A DNA stretch of 64,000 nt from Limnothrix sp. BL-A-16. Its GTDB lineage: Bacteria; Cyanobacteriota; Cyanobacteriia; CACIAM-69d. A model generated the notes under the pieces. It was given only the letters and a program-made list of their open reading frames with translations, made no database searches and was not told the DNA's origin. Shown one piece after another: positions 1-10,920 of this stretch; position 1 is the first letter of the stretch; the number at the start of each line of letters is the position of its first letter. The position numbers and the translations under genes were made by a program. The DNA is taken from the NCBI GenBank assembly GCA_041937175.2, contig CP166615.1, positions 3,136,001-3,200,000 on the forward strand, in the 5' to 3' direction.

Positions 1-599
1 CTCAATTCCTGAAGAACGGCCCCCGTCGTTGGATTTCCAGCGCTGGCTTGGGAACCATGGGCTTCGGGATTCCGGCAGCCATGGGTGCGAAGGTGGCGCT
101 TCCGGATCACCAGGTGATTTGTGTGGCTGGCGATGCCAGTGTGCAAATGAATATCCAAGAGCTGGGAACCCTGGCCCAGTTTGGAATCAATGCCAAGACC
201 GTGATTGTGAACAACGGCTGGCAAGGGATGGTGCGCCAATGGCAGGAAGCCTTCTATGGTGAGCGCTACTCCTCGTCCAACATGGAAGTGGGGATGCCTG
301 ACTTTGGCAAGTTGGCCGAAGCCTTTGGCATCAAAGGCATTTTGGTGACGGAGCGCAGCCAGCTTGCGCCGGCCGTGGCGGAAATGCTGGCCTATGATGG
401 CCCGGTGCTGTTGGATGTGCGGGTGCGGCGCGATGAAAACTGTTATCCGATGGTGGCTCCGGGCAAGAGCAATGCCCAAATGTTGGGTCTGCCGGAAGTG
501 AAGCGGGAAACCCCCGTTAGCCACCAAACCTGCGCCAACTGCCAGACGGATAATCACCCGAGCCACCAGTTCTGTTCCCATTGCGGGGCCAAGCTGTAG
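1..599 (+). CDS. ilvB: Acetolactate synthase large (catalytic) subunit, 3' part; has a C-terminal zinc-ribbon tail
   Basis: [13 protein letters not shown], ThDP-binding GDAS...[12 protein letters not shown] and ENCYPMV motifs; the frame is open to the window start; ends CANC...CSHCGAKL. Confidence 0.95.
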   Translation, partial: QFLKNGPRRWISSAGLGTMGFGIPAAMGAKVALPDHQVICVAGDASVQMNIQELGTLAQFGINAKTVIVNNGWQGMVRQWQEAFYGERYSSSNMEVGMPDFGKLAEAFGIKGILVTERSQLAPAVAEMLAYDGPVLLDVRVRRDENCYPMVAPGKSNAQMLGLPEVKRETPVSHQTCANCQTDNHPSHQFCSHCGAKL

Positions 600-639
600 G
601 GCTTGAGAGTTGGCTAGTAGCGTGACAGGCTTAAGGCAT

Positions 640-734
640 TGGGTCAAAGTTGCGGAGCCAGTCGTGGTAACAAGGGGCTTGAGCCCCTTGCTGCTTAACG
701 ATTGGTGACGGTAACAGTCATGTAATTTGACCCA
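640..734. repeat. Small inverted-repeat-bounded element containing a CAAGGGGCTT(G/A)AGCCCCTTG palindrome
   Basis: TGGGTCAAA (640-648) and TTTGACCCA (726-734) bracket the 20-bp palindrome at 671-690. Confidence 0.5.
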
Positions 735-779
735 GCGAATTAAGGTAGCCGTGCTACTAGGAGCTGTTGAAAAAGCCTG

Positions 780-848
780 TTGGATCTACTGGAGTTGGAT
801 CTACTAGCTGGATCTACTGGAGTTGGATCTAATAGTTGGATCTAGTAG
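780..848 (+). repeat. Short tandem repeat (TGGATCTA-cored, ~13-15-bp units, x5)
   Basis: ttggatctactggag ttggatctactagc tggatctactggag ttggatctaatag ttggatctagtag. Confidence 0.8.
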
Positions 849-1128
849 ACCGCTTTCGATGGGCCTATCCGATCAAAAACAATCAACAGGTTCCAACGGC
901 CCGGCTCGCAATCACTGCCCAAGTCTGAAATTACAGCGGCGATCGACCCATTCTCCATACCCAGATCTACGCGATCGGGCTGGAGATGAGTTGGTGGCCG
1001 CTCTTTGTTGTGGGTTTGGTTTCCCGGTTTCCCGATTGCCCGCACTGACCCTGGCTGACGATCGCGTTACGGATCGCACTCTTCAATCCACTCAATGCTT
1101 GATGATTTGATCAATACCCCTCCTGGAT

Positions 1129-1758
1129 ATGGTTGCCATGCCCTCTGATTTGCCCTGCAATTCCCAAACCCCATCCCCGATCGCCCCTGGAACCCCGATC
1201 GAGACTGAAACACCCAAGCGGCAATCACGGATAGAAAACAACAATCTAAGTAATGATTTATACATCTCCTGGGAAGAGTATCATCGGGCGATCGAACGGT
1301 TAGCCTGTTCAGTACATCAATCGGGCTGGGCATTTGACCAAATCGTCTGCTTAGCCCGTGGGGGTCTGCGAGTGGGTGATATTTTCTCGCGCCTGTTTCA
1401 CAAGCCTTTAGCCATTCTGTTTGCCAGTTCCTATGCCGGAGAGTTGGGGCGGGAGCGGGGGCAGCTCAAATTTGCCCAAAGCCTGGCCATGACGGGCGAT
1501 CGCCTGGGGCCGAGGGTGTTGGTGGTGGATGATTTGGCCGACTCGGGAGCAACCCTGAAGGCTTCGATCCAGTGGCTGCGCGATCGCTACGATCTCAGTG
1601 ACCTGCGCACGGCCGTGATTTGGTACAAGGGCTGTTCTGCGATCGCCCCGGATTATTACGATTGCTATTTACCCCATAATCCCTGGATTCATCAGCCGTT
1701 TGAGCGCTATGACGTGATGGAACTGGCTGAGCTTGCTTCCTCGATCGAGGCAGATTAA
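1129..1758 (+). CDS. Type I phosphoribosyltransferase (xanthine/hypoxanthine PRT-like)
   Basis: LARGGL and PRPP loop VLVVDDLADSGATL; ends WIHQPFE; start uncertain. Confidence 0.88.
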   Translation: MVAMPSDLPCNSQTPSPIAPGTPIETETPKRQSRIENNNLSNDLYISWEEYHRAIERLACSVHQSGWAFDQIVCLARGGLRVGDIFSRLFHKPLAILFASSYAGELGRERGQLKFAQSLAMTGDRLGPRVLVVDDLADSGATLKASIQWLRDRYDLSDLRTAVIWYKGCSAIAPDYYDCYLPHNPWIHQPFERYDVMELAELASSIEAD

Positions 1759-2123
1759 TCAAAGTTAACGACCATTCATGGGGCGATCGCATGACCGGGG
1801 CGCACCATTGGGGCATGTTACGCTTGGGGCGGAGCCTAGAATCTCAAAAATTCTCCGTAATTACTCGGATGACAAATCCAGTGCCATAATATTCTGAACA
1901 TGGTCAGATTCAACGATGGCAACCCCCTAGGGGGCGAAACCCCGCTGAACCCTCCGTTAACTCTGTAATAACGTGGATGGTCAGTTCCGTTGCTCCGTTG
2001 CAATCCAGTTCCTTTCCTTCTCTGGTGGTTCCCGAATTCGGCTTTTGCGGAGGGACGCATCTGGATTCTGCCCTGCCCTGATTGCGCTCCCGCTTGTATC
2101 CCTTGTCGTAGTAGAGGTTGGCT

Positions 2124-2798
2124 ATGGAGAATCAACCGTCTCCCAGCACAGATCGATCGGTCTCGGGACAGCCAGCAGCCTGGCCCCGGTCGATCGGCCT
2201 TAAGCCCCTGGGTCAATACCTTGTGGAGGCGGGTTTGCTCGCGCCCGCTCAAGTCACGGTTGCTCTGAATGATCAGAGTGTGACGGGGTTGCGGTTTGGG
2301 GAAATTTTGTCGAAACGGGGTTGGGTTCGCGAACAAACCATCGAATATTTCATGGACAAAGTGATCGAACCGGAACGTCGATCGCTCCGTCAGTCCATGG
2401 CTGCGGCAACCCAGCGCACCAGTGCCGCCCGGGCCGCCGCGCCCGCCAGTCCCCACCGCAAAGGGTTTGTCCGATCGGCCTCGACCTCGGTGGAACCTAA
2501 CAAGCGGCCCCCGGCTCCCCCATCCGCCCGAATGCCGATTGCTGTGTCGGATCCGGCGGGCAGTTTCCGCACCGACGATGCTAGTTTGCGCCACCGCAAG
2601 CATTACGGCCCCACCAGCGCAACAACCACGGCGGGCTTAACTCCACCACCACCGCCGCCGCCTTCCTTTCCACCACCGCCGCCCCCACCCGATCGCCCCC
2701 GCGATGGTGAGGAGTCCCCGGAAATTACCACCTGTAATGGTGTGTCTGCGTCCGACGATTTTCGAGACGCGGCTGAGAACTTGGTCTGGATTGGCTAG
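2124..2798 (+). CDS. Hypothetical protein with an MshEN-like N-terminal motif and Pro-rich tail
   Basis: PLGQYLVEAGLLAPAQVTVALNDQ-SVTGL-RFGEILSKRGWV resembles the tandem MshEN motif; poly-Pro C-terminus. Confidence 0.7.
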   Translation: MENQPSPSTDRSVSGQPAAWPRSIGLKPLGQYLVEAGLLAPAQVTVALNDQSVTGLRFGEILSKRGWVREQTIEYFMDKVIEPERRSLRQSMAAATQRTSAARAAAPASPHRKGFVRSASTSVEPNKRPPAPPSARMPIAVSDPAGSFRTDDASLRHRKHYGPTSATTTAGLTPPPPPPPSFPPPPPPPDRPRDGEESPEITTCNGVSASDDFRDAAENLVWIG

Positions 2799-3007
2799 CA
2801 AGTCGCTCAAGGCGAGTTAGAGCGCGACTAGGAATCATGGGGGCGCTTGGGTAGTGCCGTAAGTGGTAGTGCCGTAATTTAGGCATGATCAGCTTGTGAA
2901 AGCCTTGCAGCGTCAACGATCGCTCGCCGTAAGTCACCACCTCACAGGCACTACCAAACGTCAGAAAATCCGCCCCAGCAGGGCCGGGCTTTTTCCCTTT
3001 TTTGGGG

Positions 3008-3358
3008 TCAGCTTCCCAGCTTGAAAGCCTCTAAGAACAGGCCGTAAACCATTCCTAATTTCAGTAAATTCAAAACCGACAGCCACAGGGGCGATCGCCC
3101 GTTGAAATCTGTAACCCGAGCATTCCAGCGGCGATAGACCACAATGCTCACCACCTCGCAAAACACCGCCAAAATGCCCGCCATGGACAAGTCCCAGGCG
3201 GCCTCTTGGCCCGCTGTGGTGATCAATGCGGAAGCCCCAAAGAACCCCACCAACACCGCCAAACACTGTACAGAAGTGCGCCGCCAAGGATTTTGGAGCC
3301 ATCCTCCTAATCCCCGGGCGATCGCGCCTAGGAGGTTGTTGAGCCTGGTATCTTGCAC
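3008..3358 (-). CDS. ycf20: Ycf20/DUF565 family membrane protein
   Basis: MQDTRLN...NPWRR...LNLLKLGMVYGLFLEAFKLGS is the Ycf20 signature. Confidence 0.9.
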   Translation of the reverse strand: MQDTRLNNLLGAIARGLGGWLQNPWRRTSVQCLAVLVGFFGASALITTAGQEAAWDLSMAGILAVFCEVVSIVVYRRWNARVTDFNGRSPLWLSVLNLLKLGMVYGLFLEAFKLGS

Positions 3359-4175
3359 GATTTCAACGCCAGCTTCAATTAGATAGTGTTAACGCCGGTT
3401 CAATTCAATATCGCATTCCAATATCGCATCTCAATATCGCCCCAACAGCGCCTTAACATCGAATTGCCACCAACTCGCCACTCAATCAAGACTCAATCAA
3501 GACTCAATCAGGACTCGCTAGCATTCAGGTTCCCAGATTGGAGGCTGCCCATAGCCGGCAATCACAAGCTCGCCCAACCCTACCCCAGACGAATCTGGGG
3601 CCGATCCTGGACTGCTGCCAAACCTATCCTGAGCAGTTCCGAAAGGGATTGAGATCTAGGAATGGGATTTGGGAATGATGATTGAGAACTGCTTGGGGAT
3701 ATCGTATTTTCGGCTGAACTCTCAGTCAAAGCTAGTTAAATCCTGCTGAAAAGTTCCGGCGAATTTTTGCTCAGGCTTCTCCGGATGATCCACCGCGATC
3801 GCACCAAAACGCCGCTAAAATGACGGCAGTTTTGCGCACCCATCCCCGATGATTGCGCTAAAGCAGTTGCACCTAGAGGTTTTCCCGCTCATACGGCCGG
3901 GCCGCTGTGCTCTGCTTCCCATGGTCAGAACGGTCAGATTGGTGTCTGGGCAGCCACCCCACACCGCACTTCCAGCGGTTCTCAGAGCCTCATCAAGTGG
4001 AGATTGCCCTGCCAGAGCCACCCGAGTGCCCCTGCCCGATCGCCAGTTCAGTGCGCTACTCTCTCATCAACTCTCCGCCCTTGACCCCCTTTTGAGGAAC
4101 TCCGTGTCCACTCGCCATTCCAACCGCGCCTCCTCACCCTTGACCGATCGACATTCCCAACCCCACGCTACCGAT

Positions 4176-5531
4176 ATGTCTCGCTCCCAAGCGCCGCAAC
4201 CTAAGCCTCGGGCCAATCGCTTCCGCTGGTTCTGGTTGTTGTTTAGCCTCTTGGGCGTGGCCACCATCTCCGCAACCACGGGGGCGTTGCTGGCCGTTTC
4301 CCTCAGTTCCCCCAGCCTCAGTCAACGGGAATTGAGCAAAGAGGAAAAGGCGGTTTTTGGGAACAATCAACCCATTTCCAGCCTGGGTCTGCAACTGCCG
4401 CAACTGACCCGGCCGGTCAATATTTTGGTGCTGGGGATTAAGGTCATTACCTCCGACGTGGATGATAGCCTCAGCCGCAAGTATGGCTACCATGCGCTGG
4501 TGAACTCCTTTGAGGGCTTGTCGGACACGATGTTTTTGGTGCGGTTTGACCCCAGCCAGAAAAAACTATCGGTGCTGTCGATTCCTCGGGATACGCGGGC
4601 TTGGGTGGATGGCCTGGGGATGACCAAAATTAATGCTGCTAACAGTCGTGGGGGGCCGGCCCTGAGCGCCAAGGCGGTGAGTGAACTGCTGGGGGGTGTG
4701 CCGATCGATCGCTACATGCGGATTAATGTCCAAGGGGTGGAAAAGCTGCTGGATGCCTTGGGGGGCTTAACGGTCTATGTTCCCCGCGACATGAAGTATC
4801 AAGACGACAGCCAACACCTTTACATCAATTTGAAACAGGGACGGCAACACCTGAACGGGGAGCAGGCGCTGGCGTTTTTGCGGTTCCGCCACGATGAGTA
4901 TGGAGACATTGGCCGGGTACAGCGCCAGCAGATGGCCATGCGCAGCCTGAAGGAACAGGCCCTGAACCCCACCACGCTGCTGAAGTTACCGGACATTTTG
5001 TCGGTGATTCGGGAGAATTTGGACACTAACCTGAGCATGGAGGAGATTGTGGCGCTGGCGGGCTTTGCCACCCAGGTCGATCGCCAAAATGTGCAAATGC
5101 TGGTGACTCCGGGGGATTACGGCGATATTGCCCGTTACGGAACGAGCTATTGGTTGCCTTACCCGAATCAGATTCGGGACATGATGGCTAAGCATTTTGA
5201 ACATGGGGTCGGTTCCGGCGACAGTCGATCGATGTCGCAGGTGCGCGTGGCGGTGCAAGATGCCAGCGGCAATCCGGAGGCGGCCAGGGCGGTGGCGCGG
5301 CAATTGGAAGCCATGGGCTATCGCCAAACGTTTGTGGCTCGATCCTGGAAGGAAACGATCAGCACGACGCGGGTGATTGCCCAAAACGGGGATGCGGATA
5401 CGGCGGAACAGGTGAAGGCGGCGATCGGGCGGGGGGATGTGCGGGTGGATAGCTCGGGCATTTTGGGATCCGACGTGACGATTCAAATCGGCAGCGACTG
5501 GCAAGGCACGGGTTCCAACGCAAATCCTTAA
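4176..5531 (+). CDS. LCP (LytR/CpsA/Psr) family protein with LytR_C domain
   Basis: N-terminal TM helix; SDTMFL, LSIPRDT, KINAA, LRFRHDEYGDIGRVQRQQ; start chosen at ATG 4176 within the 3849 ORF. Confidence 0.92.
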   Translation: MSRSQAPQPKPRANRFRWFWLLFSLLGVATISATTGALLAVSLSSPSLSQRELSKEEKAVFGNNQPISSLGLQLPQLTRPVNILVLGIKVITSDVDDSLSRKYGYHALVNSFEGLSDTMFLVRFDPSQKKLSVLSIPRDTRAWVDGLGMTKINAANSRGGPALSAKAVSELLGGVPIDRYMRINVQGVEKLLDALGGLTVYVPRDMKYQDDSQHLYINLKQGRQHLNGEQALAFLRFRHDEYGDIGRVQRQQMAMRSLKEQALNPTTLLKLPDILSVIRENLDTNLSMEEIVALAGFATQVDRQNVQMLVTPGDYGDIARYGTSYWLPYPNQIRDMMAKHFEHGVGSGDSRSMSQVRVAVQDASGNPEAARAVARQLEAMGYRQTFVARSWKETISTTRVIAQNGDADTAEQVKAAIGRGDVRVDSSGILGSDVTIQIGSDWQGTGSNANP

Positions 5532-5595
5532 GCGCCCATTCGCGGGGCCTGGCAATTGCGGCCGCGGCAATGGCCCTTAAAATGGCCTTTTTTCC

Positions 5596-7356
5596 ATGGG
5601 TTCTGTCATGGCTGATGTGCGATCGCCCCTAGACCACTCACCAAACCAGGAAGCTCAAGCCGATCGGGGGGATTTTCCAAAATCCTCCCGGTTGCGATGG
5701 GACTGGGAATCCAATTGGTGGTGGATCCTGGGGGCGATCGTGCTGGTGGGGGCGATCGTGCGGTTTTGGAATTTAGGCCACCTGAACACCTTGGTGTTTG
5801 ATGAGGTTTATTTTGCCCAGTTTGCCCGCGATTACTTGGTGGGAAAACCCGTTGAAGATGGCCATCCCCCCCTCAGCAAGTATCTGATTGCGATCGGGAT
5901 TGCCATCAGTGAGCATTTTCAGTGGGGCCGCGACAACACCAACCAGGCCACCGGTTCCCTGCTAGCCACGGTCAGCTATCGCTGGCTGAATGCGCTGGTG
6001 GGATCTTTGATGCCGTTGGTGGTGGCTTGGTTGGCTTGGTTGATGTCCGGGCGGCGGCTGTTGGCCCTGGTGGCGGCGGGGGCGATCGCCCTGGATGGGC
6101 TGTTTTTGGTGGAATCCCGCTATGGGCTAAATAATGTTTATCTGGTGACCTTTGGCCTGTTGGGTCACTGCGGTTGGCTAATGGCGGCGCGGGCCATGGC
6201 CGGGCGATCGCGCTATCACTGGCAGGTGTGGGCCTGGTTAGGGCTGGCGGGCTTGGGGTTTGGTTGCACGGCCAGCGTGAAGTGGAATGGCTTGGCCTTT
6301 TTGGTGGGGGCTTGGGGCAGTTGGGCCCTGTGGCGAGTTTGGCATTGGCTCGATCGCCCCGGTTTCACGACCCGGCAATCAATCAAGCCAATTACTGAGT
6401 CGATCGAGAACGCCGATCGACCCGAGAGCATGGCCAACAGCCCCAGTTCCCTACCGGGGCGATCGGTCGCAAATCCCTTAACACTCCTCCAGCGCTTCAG
6501 CCCGATCCAAATGGGATTGATGTTGGGACTGCTGCCGTTGGTGATTTATTGGCTGCTATGGATTCCCCATGCTCAACTGAATCCCGGCAAAAGTATTTGG
6601 GAGTTTAATCAGGATCTATTGCGCTACCACCATCGGGTTGGGGGTGATGATGCCCATCCCTACTGTTCTCGGTGGTTCACTTGGCCCCTACTGTTGCGCC
6701 CGATCGCCTATTTCTATGCCCGCACCAGCGGCCCCACCGCCCCGATCGATTACCAAAACCCGATCCCCAAGGATCTCCCGGCCGGCACGCCAACGATTTA
6801 TGACGTACATGCCCTGGGAAATCCACTGCTTTGGTGGCTGACGGCGGGGGCGTTGGTTGTGGCCCTATGGTGGTTGGGGCGGCACTGGTGGCGATCGATC
6901 GCACAACCGGCCGCTTTGGCAACCCCCCTAGTCAGCACCGATTATTTGGAAAGTCCCGTGGTGCGGTTGGGATCCCACCGCTGGCAATTGCGGCTGATGT
7001 GGGAGCGATCGGGCGCGATCGGGGCCGCCGTGCGATCGCCCGAAGTCTTGATGTTGACCTATTGCCTGGTGAACTATGGGGCGAATTGGTTGCCCTGGGC
7101 CAAGGTCTCCCGCTGCACGTTTCTCTACCACTACATGGGCGCGTTTGTGTTTTCGAGCTTGGTCTTGGCTTGGCTGCTCGATCGGCTCTGGCAATCCCGC
7201 CCCGATCGCCCCCTTTCGATCGCCGCCATGGTTTTGATTGGGCTGTCTTTTCTGTTTTGGCTTCCCGTTTATTTGGGCTGGCCCCTCACCCCCTTTGACT
7301 GGCAACTGCGGATTTGGGGAATTGAGGGTGTGCGCTGGTTGCCTTACTGGATTTAA
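5596..7356 (+). CDS. Dolichyl/polyprenyl-phosphate-mannose-protein mannosyltransferase (PMT, GT39)
   Basis: LVFDEVYF, HPPLSK, SVKWNG, HPYCSRWFTWP, FLYHY motifs; multiple TM helices. Confidence 0.9.
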   Translation: MGSVMADVRSPLDHSPNQEAQADRGDFPKSSRLRWDWESNWWWILGAIVLVGAIVRFWNLGHLNTLVFDEVYFAQFARDYLVGKPVEDGHPPLSKYLIAIGIAISEHFQWGRDNTNQATGSLLATVSYRWLNALVGSLMPLVVAWLAWLMSGRRLLALVAAGAIALDGLFLVESRYGLNNVYLVTFGLLGHCGWLMAARAMAGRSRYHWQVWAWLGLAGLGFGCTASVKWNGLAFLVGAWGSWALWRVWHWLDRPGFTTRQSIKPITESIENADRPESMANSPSSLPGRSVANPLTLLQRFSPIQMGLMLGLLPLVIYWLLWIPHAQLNPGKSIWEFNQDLLRYHHRVGGDDAHPYCSRWFTWPLLLRPIAYFYARTSGPTAPIDYQNPIPKDLPAGTPTIYDVHALGNPLLWWLTAGALVVALWWLGRHWWRSIAQPAALATPLVSTDYLESPVVRLGSHRWQLRLMWERSGAIGAAVRSPEVLMLTYCLVNYGANWLPWAKVSRCTFLYHYMGAFVFSSLVLAWLLDRLWQSRPDRPLSIAAMVLIGLSFLFWLPVYLGWPLTPFDWQLRIWGIEGVRWLPYWI

Positions 7357-7696
7357 CGATCCTCGGGTGGGCCGTAGCGGGGCGATCGGGCCGATCATGA
7401 TCAACCGCCGCGCCGCAGGAAGTCACAAGCTACGCCTAGGTGTATCACCCCACAAGTTCCCCCGAGAATGCCAGAATCAAACCACCGTCCTCAACGAGTC
7501 TGATGCCTGCGCGAAGGCTGCAACCCAGACTCGTTCAAGTCTCGGCACGTTTTTCATCGGAGCACTTTCGTCGGCTGCTGCAATTTGCTGCGCAGGTTTC
7601 TTTCAGCCGCAACAAATTGCAACATGGAAACCCAAGCGAGGCCTGGTTTTCCATTCCTGATCCTGACCATGCCCCACCTGCACCGTTAGACACCCT

Positions 7697-10210
7697 ATGA
7701 AACTCGTGCAACCCATCCAGTCGATCCCGAAGCGGTTCCGACAACTACGCTTGCGCTGGTTGGTCGTGCCGCTCGTCCTGCAAGTGGCCGGGGCCGTTGG
7801 ACTCACGGGATGGCTCTCACTGCGAAATGGCCAGCGGGCCGTGAATGACCTTGCGGCCAGACTCAGTGGCGAAATTGCGGCCAAGGTGGAACAGCATGTG
7901 CAGGGTTATTTGGGCACATCCGAGCTGTTTTTGCGCATTGATGCCGCATCCGTGGCGGCGGGCAACCTCAACCTAGACGACTTCACCGCCCTTCAGCGCT
8001 ACTTTTGGCATCAGGTACACATCACACCAGCGGTCTCCACCCTCTACTACGGCAACGCGGAGGGCAATTTTTTGCAGGTTGAGCGCGGCAACCCTTCCAC
8101 AGTTTCCGTGCGCACAACGGCCACGGCCCCCAACTGGAGAATTTACACCCTGAACAAGCAGGGCCAGCGCGATCGCTTCGTTAGCTCTCGTCCCTACGAT
8201 CCCCGCAAACGGCCTTGGTATCGAGCCGCAGTGGCTCGGGGTGGCTTGGCCTGGTCACCCATTTACGTGTTCACGGAGCCACCGGTTTTGGGCATTACTC
8301 CGGCCTTGCCCATTTACACCAGCAATTCCAGTACGGTGACCGCCAGTGGCACGCCGCTGACCACGGAAACCCTCAAGGGCGTGCTGGCGATCGACCTTCC
8401 CTTGGAACAGCTTTCCACCTTTTTACGGGGTTTGAAGGTAGGGCGAACCGGGGAGATGTTTATTGTGGAGCGGTTGACCGGGGCCCTGGTGGCCACGTCA
8501 TCTGAGGAACCCCTGTTTTTACGGGATGCCCAAAACCAACCCCAGCGGCTGAAGCCGGAGGAGAGCCGCGATCCTCGAATTCGGGCAGCGGGCGAGTTTT
8601 TGCGAGAGCGCTTTGGCACCTATCGCCAGGTCAGCAAGCGATATCAGGGCATTGTGCGACCGAAGGGGAGCGATCGTGTCTTTATCGATGTGTTGCCCCT
8701 GGAAAATGACTATGGACTCGACTGGGTGACCGTGACGGTTGTTCCCGAGCGGGATTTCACATCCCAAATCCAAGAAAATACCCGCATCACCGCTCTGCTC
8801 TGTTTGGGCGCTTTGGGGCTAGCCGTCTTAATGGCGATCGCCACCACCCGCTGGATTGTGGATCCCGTTAGTCGCATCAGCCGGGCCGCCGAGGCGATCG
8901 CTGAGGGCAATTTGAATCAGACCGCCGCCGCCAGCCCAATCCTGGAGGTCGATCGCCTGGCCGAGTCCTTTAACCGCATGGCTTTTCAGTTGCGGCAGGC
9001 CTTCGCCGCCTGGGAGGAGGCCAACCAAAATCTAGAGCTGAAGGTGCAACAGCGAACAGCCGCCCTCACCCTTTCGGAAGCCAAGCTGCAAGAAAAGGAA
9101 CGATATTTGCGGCTCATTCTCGACAGCATTCCCCAACATGTGTTTTGGAAAGATACCGATCTGGTCTTTCAGGGGTGCAACAAAAACTGGGCAGAGGCGG
9201 CGGGACTGGAAAACCCGGAAGCGGTGATTGGGCTAACGGATTTTGACCTGGTGCGAGATCCAGAGGCAGCGGAGGCCTTTCGGGAGCAAGATCGCCGGGT
9301 GATTGAGAGCGATCGACCCGTTTGGCACGCGATCGCCCCCAAGCAAAAACCGGGAGCCACGGGCGAAACCATTTGGCTCGATATCAGCAAAATTCCGATT
9401 CACGACAATCAACGCCGCGTGATTGGGTTGTTGGGGGTGGTGGAAGATATCACCTTACGCAAACAGGCCGAAGAAGCCCTGCGCCGGGAACAGGAAAAAT
9501 CGGAGCGATTGCTGTTGAATATCCTGCCCCGCACCGTGGCCGATCGGCTGAAGCAAAATGTGCAGCCCGATGGATCCACGGAATCGGAACCGATCGCCCA
9601 ACATTTTGAAGAAGTCAGCATTCTGTTTGCGGATATCGTGGGCTTCACGCCCCTTTCGTCCCAACTGCCCCCGATCGACCTAGTGACCTGGCTAAACCGG
9701 ATCTTTTCCCAGTTTGACCACCTGGCAGAACGCCATCGCCTGGAAAAAATCAAAACCCTCGGAGATGCCTACATGGTGGCGGCCGGGCTGCCCCTACCCA
9801 TGGAAGATCCCACCGCCGCCATGGCCAACATGGCCCTAGATATGCAGCGGGTGATTCAAAGCTTTCAGGAAGAGTTTCAGCAAACCTTGGGGCGATCGCT
9901 GGAAATTCGCGTGGGCATGAACACCGGGCCCGTAATTGCAGGTGTGATTGGCATTCGCAAGTTTATCTATGACCTTTGGGGCGATACGGTCAACATTGCC
10001 AGCCGCATGGAGTCCCAGGGCTTGGCTAGCCGAATTCAGGTGACCGAAACGGTGTATCAGGCCCTCCGCGATCGCTATGAGTTTGAATCCCGAGGCGAGA
10101 TTGACGTGAAGGGCCGCGGCCCCATGCGCACCTATTGGCTCACGGGTCGCAAAACTACCGCTGCTTTGGATGTGGTGGCCGCTGTGATCGACTCTGGCCC
10201 AGAGTTGTAG
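7697..10210 (+). CDS. Membrane-bound class III adenylate cyclase (dCache-HAMP-PAS-cyclase)
   Basis: YDPRKRPWY Cache motif, HAMP, PAS (VFWKD...GCN), ILFADIVGFT, EKIKTLGDAY, YDLWGDTVNIASRMES. Confidence 0.93.
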   Translation: MKLVQPIQSIPKRFRQLRLRWLVVPLVLQVAGAVGLTGWLSLRNGQRAVNDLAARLSGEIAAKVEQHVQGYLGTSELFLRIDAASVAAGNLNLDDFTALQRYFWHQVHITPAVSTLYYGNAEGNFLQVERGNPSTVSVRTTATAPNWRIYTLNKQGQRDRFVSSRPYDPRKRPWYRAAVARGGLAWSPIYVFTEPPVLGITPALPIYTSNSSTVTASGTPLTTETLKGVLAIDLPLEQLSTFLRGLKVGRTGEMFIVERLTGALVATSSEEPLFLRDAQNQPQRLKPEESRDPRIRAAGEFLRERFGTYRQVSKRYQGIVRPKGSDRVFIDVLPLENDYGLDWVTVTVVPERDFTSQIQENTRITALLCLGALGLAVLMAIATTRWIVDPVSRISRAAEAIAEGNLNQTAAASPILEVDRLAESFNRMAFQLRQAFAAWEEANQNLELKVQQRTAALTLSEAKLQEKERYLRLILDSIPQHVFWKDTDLVFQGCNKNWAEAAGLENPEAVIGLTDFDLVRDPEAAEAFREQDRRVIESDRPVWHAIAPKQKPGATGETIWLDISKIPIHDNQRRVIGLLGVVEDITLRKQAEEALRREQEKSERLLLNILPRTVADRLKQNVQPDGSTESEPIAQHFEEVSILFADIVGFTPLSSQLPPIDLVTWLNRIFSQFDHLAERHRLEKIKTLGDAYMVAAGLPLPMEDPTAAMANMALDMQRVIQSFQEEFQQTLGRSLEIRVGMNTGPVIAGVIGIRKFIYDLWGDTVNIASRMESQGLASRIQVTETVYQALRDRYEFESRGEIDVKGRGPMRTYWLTGRKTTAALDVVAAVIDSGPEL

Positions 10211-10401
10211 CGCTTGCTCGCTTCAGAAAATCCTCATTATTGGTTGATTAACCCCTGGCGATCGCTCCTCTGGGCCCGACCGAGGCCCAATTGGCGATCC
10301 TGACTTTCCCCCAACGGCTGCGAAGTAATCATTTGGCGGATTCGATCGCCCGATCGAGTCCTTCCGTTGGCACTCACAGTCTTCCGTTGGAGAAGTTGGT
10401 T

Positions 10402-10920
10402 ATGGCTTGCAAATGGACTTGCGCAGTGATGGGTTCGATCGCCCTTTTGGCCACCACCGCCACCTTGGCCCCCTTGCCCGCCCGGGCAGAAATGCCGGAA
10501 GTGGTGTGGATGGTGGGGCCCGCTGAGAATGTGGAAATTGTGACCGGCGAGATTCAAGATTTGGTGGGCGATCGGGTGCGATTGTTACTGACCGATGGTT
10601 CCACGCGCTTGGTGGGCATCACCCAGCTCGATCGCACCCGTCTGGGCTTGGATCCGGGAGATCAAATCACCTTGGCCTTGGTCGATGGTCGTTTCTTTGC
10701 CCAGGCCGTGGCCCTGGGAAACGATGCCCTCGTGATTCGCAATGGCTACATTCAACTGGCCAATGCTGACAGCGCCTACGTCAGCACCAGTCAAGCCAGC
10801 GTGACCACAACCACCACCGTGCAACAACGCACCGTGCAACGCAGCGGCCAACAAACCACCGTTCAACAGACTACCGTCACCCCCGATCGCCCCGCACAAC
10901 CGATTCGCGGCATGTGGTAA
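10402..10920 (+). CDS. Secreted hypothetical protein with Thr/Gln-rich tail ending PIRGMW
   Basis: Signal-peptide-like N-terminus (…APLPARA), small beta-rich domain, low-complexity tail. Confidence 0.7.
   Translation: MACKWTCAVMGSIALLATTATLAPLPARAEMPEVVWMVGPAENVEIVTGEIQDLVGDRVRLLLTDGSTRLVGITQLDRTRLGLDPGDQITLALVDGRFFAQAVALGNDALVIRNGYIQLANADSAYVSTSQASVTTTTTVQQRTVQRSGQQTTVQQTTVTPDRPAQPIRGMW

Noticed and set aside
1836..2603. Long antisense/alternate-frame ORFs (also 18689-19471, 24999-25673, 32460-33131, 59357-60091)
   Set aside because: Overlap well-supported genes on the other strand and show no domain motifs
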